Below, piece by piece: positions 58,961 through 64,000 of a DNA stretch of 64,000 nucleotides. Origin of the DNA: an uncultured delta proteobacterium (GTDB lineage Bacteria > Myxococcota_A > Polyangia > Polyangiales > Polyangiaceae); NCBI GenBank assembly GCA_963841435.1, contig CAWJCS010000003.1, positions 928,001-992,000 on the forward strand, given 5' to 3'. The notes beneath the pieces are model-generated. The model did not search any database and was not told where the DNA came from. It saw only the letters and a program-made list of their open reading frames with translations. A program made the position numbers and the translations under genes. The number at the start of each line of letters is the position of its first letter. Position 1 is the stretch's first letter.

Positions 58961-60020
58961 TCAGCGAGAAAGCTTCTCGACCTCCGCGCGCCGGAAACCG
59001 GAAGGGTAGCGACCTAGGTAGTCGCGGGCTGCGGATTGCATGGCGGCGTCGTCGCCGGCGCGCCTGAGCGACAGCACGCGCAGGTACGCGGCGTCCTCGG
59101 AGAGCGCATCGCGCGGGTGCTGCTCGAGGAAGCGGCCGAAGCGCATGGCCGCGTCCTTGAAACCGCCCTCTTTGAAGGACGTTATCGCCGCTCGGAACTC
59201 TGCGGAGGCCGCCGCCGGCATGCTCGCGCTGTGAGCCAAGTCGCTGGAGGGGGCCGCCTCCGCACGGCCGGGTGAAGCAAGAAGACGCGGCGCCGTCGCG
59301 GTCGCGCTCGGCCGGACGGGTGCGTCCGGCTCGGGGCGTAGCGCGCTGCTCGATGGGGGCGGCGCGACAGCCCAGTGCTCTCCCGCTGCGAGGGAGACGA
59401 GCGGCCGCCCCCGAAGCCTCAGGGTCACTCGCCCCTCTTCGACCTCGACGCGTGTCGTCCGCCGCGCCTCGACCTCCACCGTGAAGATCGTCCCCACGTC
59501 CTCGAGCTCACCGTCGGGCAAGATCACGAGCAACGGGCGCTCGCCCGGCCGTTTCGCGACCCGGATGCGAAGCTTGCCGTCCTCGAGCCTGACGAACCGA
59601 CGCTGATGCTCGATGCCCTGAACCAGTTGGCTCCCGCCTCGGGGTTGACGCTGACGTGCGAAACGAAGACGGGAGGTACCGCGGGCCGCACATCCAGAAG
59701 AGGAAGAGCCCCAAACCCAGTGAGGCGGCGGCGGCGAGCACGCCGACTCGACGCCACGCGCGCGTCGGCGAGCGCTCGGTCGTCAACGCGTCGTCGAACG
59801 CCGCGAGCAGTCGTGTTCGCTCCTGGCGCACGCGAAGCTCGTCGGCGCTCGCCGGGTGGCTCGCGCGCAGCGCATCGCCGAGCGTCGCGAGCCATTCGGC
59901 CTCGCGCGAGCAGGCCCCGCACTGCGCCAAGTGGCGCTCGAAGCTGACGCGTTCGACGCCCGTGAGGCGTCCGCCGCGCAGGGCTTCGACCTCGAACTGC
60001 CGAGGGCAAGGCGGGGTCAT
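58961..60020 (-). pseudogene. zf-HC2/FecR/TPR anti-sigma factor, two apparent frameshifts (about 59690 and 59610)
   Basis: ERHLAQCGAC, TM, VRLEDGKL, EDVGTIFTV, C-terminal EDAAYLRV..YLGRYPSG. Confidence 0.72.
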
Positions 60021-60592
60021 GGCTTCTTGCCCCCGAGCGCCTTGCGCAGCTCGCGTCGCGCTGCGTGCAGTCGCGTCCACACGGTGCCCACGGGTACCCC
60101 GAGCGCTGCCGCGATTTCCGGACAAGTGAGCCCCTCCACCTCGGCGAGGAGCAGGGTGATGCGCTTCGCCTCGGTGAGGCGCAGGAGGGCGCGGTCGAGC
60201 TCGCTTCGCGCATACAATGCAGCACGAGGATCCGTGCTGGTCGAGCGAAGCGCGCCGAGCGAGCTCAGCACGGAGAGGAGGCGCCCAAGAGCGCTGCGCC
60301 GCCGCTTCACGTGCTGGACGGCGATGCCCATCAGCCACGGCCGACACGATGGGCGCCCGTCGTAGCGTGCCGCGCTCGATGCGGCGGCGAGGAACGTCGC
60401 GTGCACGAGGTCATCCACGTCCTCGGCATCGGCAGTGAGTCGGGCGACGAAGCGCCGGAGGGGATCCTGATAGCGGTCGTAGAGCTCGCCGAGCGCGCCG
60501 ATGTCACCCGCCGCGAGCCGCGTCATCAGCTCGGGGTCCGGCGTCCGTTGCCGCTCGGGAAGCGCCAGAAGCTCGTTACGCTCGATTCTCAT
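60017..60592 (-). CDS. ECF sigma-70 factor
   Basis: LGELYDRY, DDLVHATF, RPWLMGIA, LAEVEGLT..EIA..GTVWTRLHAAR. Confidence 0.9.
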   Translation of the reverse strand: MRIERNELLALPERQRTPDPELMTRLAAGDIGALGELYDRYQDPLRRFVARLTADAEDVDDLVHATFLAAASSAARYDGRPSCRPWLMGIAVQHVKRRRSALGRLLSVLSSLGALRSTSTDPRAALYARSELDRALLRLTEAKRITLLLAEVEGLTCPEIAAALGVPVGTVWTRLHAARRELRKALGGKKP

Positions 60593-61579
60593 CGCGTCCC
60601 CACCGTTGCGCCGAGAGCGAGCCCCATGACCCACATCGGCGGTAGCGGCGGACCGAAGCTCGCGTCGGACTGCGGCGGTCCCACCTCTCCCTCGATGCCG
60701 ACGAAGCCACGTAGCACCGAGCGCTCGGCGAAGCCCATGTGGCTCTTGACGAGCAAGCGGGGCACGACGCCCGTCATCGATTGCCTGCGAACGCCGGCGG
60801 GCCCCGTCTCGACGCTGGATTCGGACTGGACCACGACCCCGGGCCCCGCGATGAGATCGAGCGACACCGCGTCGAAGCGGAGCCGGCGGCCGATCAGTCC
60901 GGCGACCTCGAGCGGCGCGCTCGGCTCGGCCGTCTCGGTCACGTAGCTTTGCGCCGAGAGCTCGAGGCCGGCAAGCCAATCCTCGACACGAAAGACAGGC
61001 AGTACGGCGAGTCCGAGTCCGTACTGGCCATCACCTGCACGTGCTGAGGTGACGACGGAGAGCTCGAAGCCGAGACGTTCGGCCGACGCGCCGTGCCGCG
61101 CGGAGCGGTCGCGCTCGGACGCCGCGGCGGGCGCGAGCGGCTGGATTTCGAGGCGAAATGGTCGTGGCCGAGAGGTGGACGCGGGCTCGGACGCCCGGTT
61201 CTCCGTCGATGAACGCGGCCCCTCGACGACGCCGGACGTTTCGGGCGCGTCCCCTTCGCGTGGCACGAGCAGCAATGCCTTGAGCACGGCACACTCTCGC
61301 CGAGTCAACCGAGCAGGACGCATGCCTGCGTCGGCAAGCCTCACGCCCACCGGATCGCGGCGGGGATCGTGCCGAGCTTGACCTCGACGCAGGTGTCGAT
61401 GTCCTCGTGGGCCGCGAGCGCGCTCCGAACCTGCGTGGGCAGCTCCGGAAAGCGGCCGAGCACCTCGTCATCGGCCACGACATCCTCGGCGCACAACCGG
61501 CCCGCGCGAGGGGGTGCGCGGGCGCCGCGCGGAAAGCCCCGCCGGCGAGGCACAGGCAGGTGATGCAGAGCGGCAACAT
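60589..61579 (-). pseudogene. Secreted/outer-membrane hypothetical protein, frameshifted
   Basis: Signal-like start MLPLCITCLCL, segments in three frames, beta-strand C-terminus (GLALGATVG); ATGA-coupled to the ECF gene. Confidence 0.5.
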
Positions 61580-61643
61580 GGAAAAGGGTCTCGCCCCCAT
61601 TCTTGCCCAAGAAGCGGATCCTTCACGCTATCTCGAGCGGGCC

Positions 61644-64000
61644 TCAGAAAATTGCTTCGAGGCCGACGCTCGGGAGCGTGAGCGGGCCAACCTCGCCGCG
61701 CTTGCATTCCGTGCTGTAGCTCTCCGGGGTCAGCTCCCCCCGGCAGTCCATCCCTAGCGTGTTGGCTTCCTTTTCGAGCGTCACGTTCTGCCCTTCGAGC
61801 ACGAACGCGAGCCACCGATCGCTTCCGAGCTTCCAGCGTTTCTCGAGGCGCACGTCAACGCGGTAAAAGGCCGGGTCACGGTGGTTCTTGTAGCGGCGCA
61901 CGGGCACACGCCGGCCATGTTGAGACGGAAGCCCGGTAACCACGACGCGCCTGTCGCCGCGAGCGACCGACTCGTACCCGAAAGCGCCGCGCTCAAACGG
62001 CGCCTGAGCGAAGCGCTGGGTACGATCGCGACGGCGTCGCCTCCCTCGAGCGCCACGAAGTCCGCCTCGCGCACCGAGCGGGAGAGCGTGTACGAAAGCA
62101 TACGGCTCAGCCGCGGCGTGACCGAGCGCGTGACGAGCAGCTCGGGCCCGTGGGCATGACCACGCACGGGTGCAAAGCTCGGGCAGAAGTACGGATCGTT
62201 CGGCTTCGGGCCCTCGCCGCTCGGCGCGCTCGGCGGCTCGAATCTGAAGGCAGCTCGCCGTGAAATCCGTGAGCCCGGTCGAGCGTGTCAGGAACACGGT
62301 CGCGGTCGCCACCACTCGTGCCGGCAGCGTGAGCTCGAGCCCCTGGCTCGCCTGGATCACTCGCTGCAGCTCGCTACTTTGGCCCGGAAACCCGGCGCCG
62401 GCACCGACGACGGCAGGTAGCTCGCCCACGCTCAGCGTGGGGTACTGGTGGGCGACGCCGAAGCTCGAGAGGAGCGCAACGGACGGTGTCGCCGCGACGC
62501 GCATCGAAACGCGAGGGTCAACCGCCGCCACGGTCGTCTGCAGGCGCGGCTCGCTCGAAGTCGCACGTGCCGTCGAGTCGAAGATCGTGACACGAGCGCC
62601 GGGGACGACCTCGATGCGCGATCCGAGTTGCGCGACCAGGTCGAGATAGGCGGCGGGCGTCAGGTTCGTGCGGGGCGGATAGACGCTCGAAGGCACGACG
62701 GTCTGGTTCGGTTCCGCGGGCGCCTCGAGCCGGAAGCCGTAGACCTCGAAGCGGCCCTCTCCACCGGTACGCAGGCGTAGCCACGGCGCGAGATCCTGCT
62801 CGAGCTCGAGGCGAAGCGCTACCGAACGGTTCGTGAGATACGCGGGGTTCGAGCCCTGCGAGTCGTAGCCGAGGGTGGCCCCGATACGGAATCTTCCCGC
62901 GTCCCACGCGTGGTCGTAGCGCAGGTCCACGCGGTGAAAATCGGAGACCAGGTCCTCAATCGTCGCGCCCGAAGGCTCCTCGTGCGCGAGGTAGTCGTGG
63001 CTGCCGAAAGCGAGCAGGCCGAGCGTGCTTCGCTGTCCGACGGCCAACGTCACCCGCGATTGGTAGTCCCAGTACCGGATACGAATGTCGGAGTTGGCGC
63101 TCAGGACCGCTCCCGGAAAACCGTAGCGCCCGGCGACGAGCGCCGTCGCCCGGTCACCCGCGAACGGAGACTCGAGGAGCGCACCGGCGTAACGAGGCGC
63201 AGGCTCGCCTCGCCGTGCGGTCTCGCCGCCGGAGCACGCGTCCGCCCAGCCATGACACCCCCCGCGACGCCACCGTAACTTGCCGGTGCAGCCGCCGGAT
63301 AGAAATCCAGGCTCTCGACGAGAGAAGGGTGGATCACGCCGGGCCCGAGCCCGAGGTGAAACAACAACGGGACGCGTATCCCGTCGAGGAAATACCCGTT
63401 GTCGTTCGGAGGCGCTCCGCGCACGTAGAAGTACGGCAAGCCGCTCAGCGTGGGGGTCACGCCCGGCAGCACCTCGACGGCGCGAAACGGATCGCCGAAC
63501 GCGCCAGCGAAGTGCCGCTTCACAGTGGCAGAAAGCGGGTCGGCGTCACCGATCGCCCGGCGCTCGCCGTGCACCGTCAACCTCCGCCTCCGCACCGACC
63601 TCCGCCTCGCCAATCGCCGCACGCGGCGGCGCGGACTCAGCCGAGGTCGTGGCATTCGTTGCGGCGGGTGGCGCGGCAGGCGCGGCGCGGTCCCCTTGCC
63701 GAAACCCGACGCGCGCGCGGATCCACGCCGCAACCGCGGCGTCGCCGCGCCGGGCCGGCGTGAAGCGCCACGTGAGCACGGCGCGGCGCGCTTGCTCCGC
63801 GAACGGCGGCGCCCCTTCGAGCACGCGGACCGCTCCGACGCTCCCGTCCTTCTCGACCAGAAGCTCGAGCACGACGCTTGCCTCGCCCTCGGCGCCGCTC
63901 GGGTACGGCACGTCCGTGCTCCCGAGCACGACGGGAGGCGCGAGCGCGCTCTCCGCCGCTCGCGCCTCCCCGATGGAACAAAGGCAGCAGACGAAGACGA
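61644..64000 (-). pseudogene. TonB-dependent receptor with N-terminal TonB-C domain; several frameshifts; 5' end outside the window
   Basis: TonB-C (ELLVEKDGSV..WRFTPA), plug GAFGDPFRAVEVLPGV..VRG..LDGIRVPLLFH, barrel DPRVS, RVDVRLEKRW, LPSVGLEAIF. Confidence 0.8.

Overview
A very GC-rich bacterial chromosome segment. Its gene content (FrzS-like pseudo-receiver, DUF1592/DUF1552 pair, zinc-ribbon/TonB-like protein, Ser/Thr kinase, ECF-FecR pairs, Gly/Cys-rich lipoproteins) points to Myxococcota, most likely Polyangiaceae/Sorangiineae (inference). About 55 protein genes can be supported. I found no tRNA, rRNA, CRISPR-cas or transposase. Housekeeping genes include rsmG, amgK-like, rlpA, yciO/tsaC-like, fdxA, PBP1A, pgeF, hisIE, bpt/ate, cdd, punA and an orphan infA. 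The most unusual features are: (1) two homologous long-unit intergenic tandem arrays (164 bp x7.3 at 2169-3365; 180 bp x2.2 at about 37670-38110), both between convergent genes, sharing a 24-bp core and a nested hairpin; (2) a putative sigma54/IHF-controlled operon with two hydrazine-synthase-alpha-like haem lipoproteins and a HEAT protein; (3) a YceI / haem-porin / twin monohaem surface cytochrome cluster; (4) an uncharacterised PTPS-RibD-GT4-CDP-alcohol transferase-dehydrogenase-sulfatase cluster; (5) a GT2-C45 peptidase fusion. Many genes carry 1-2 nt frameshifts, two of them at an identical 15-mer and many in the last 6 kb, so some may be long-read assembly errors. All family calls come from motif recognition by eye, not database searches.
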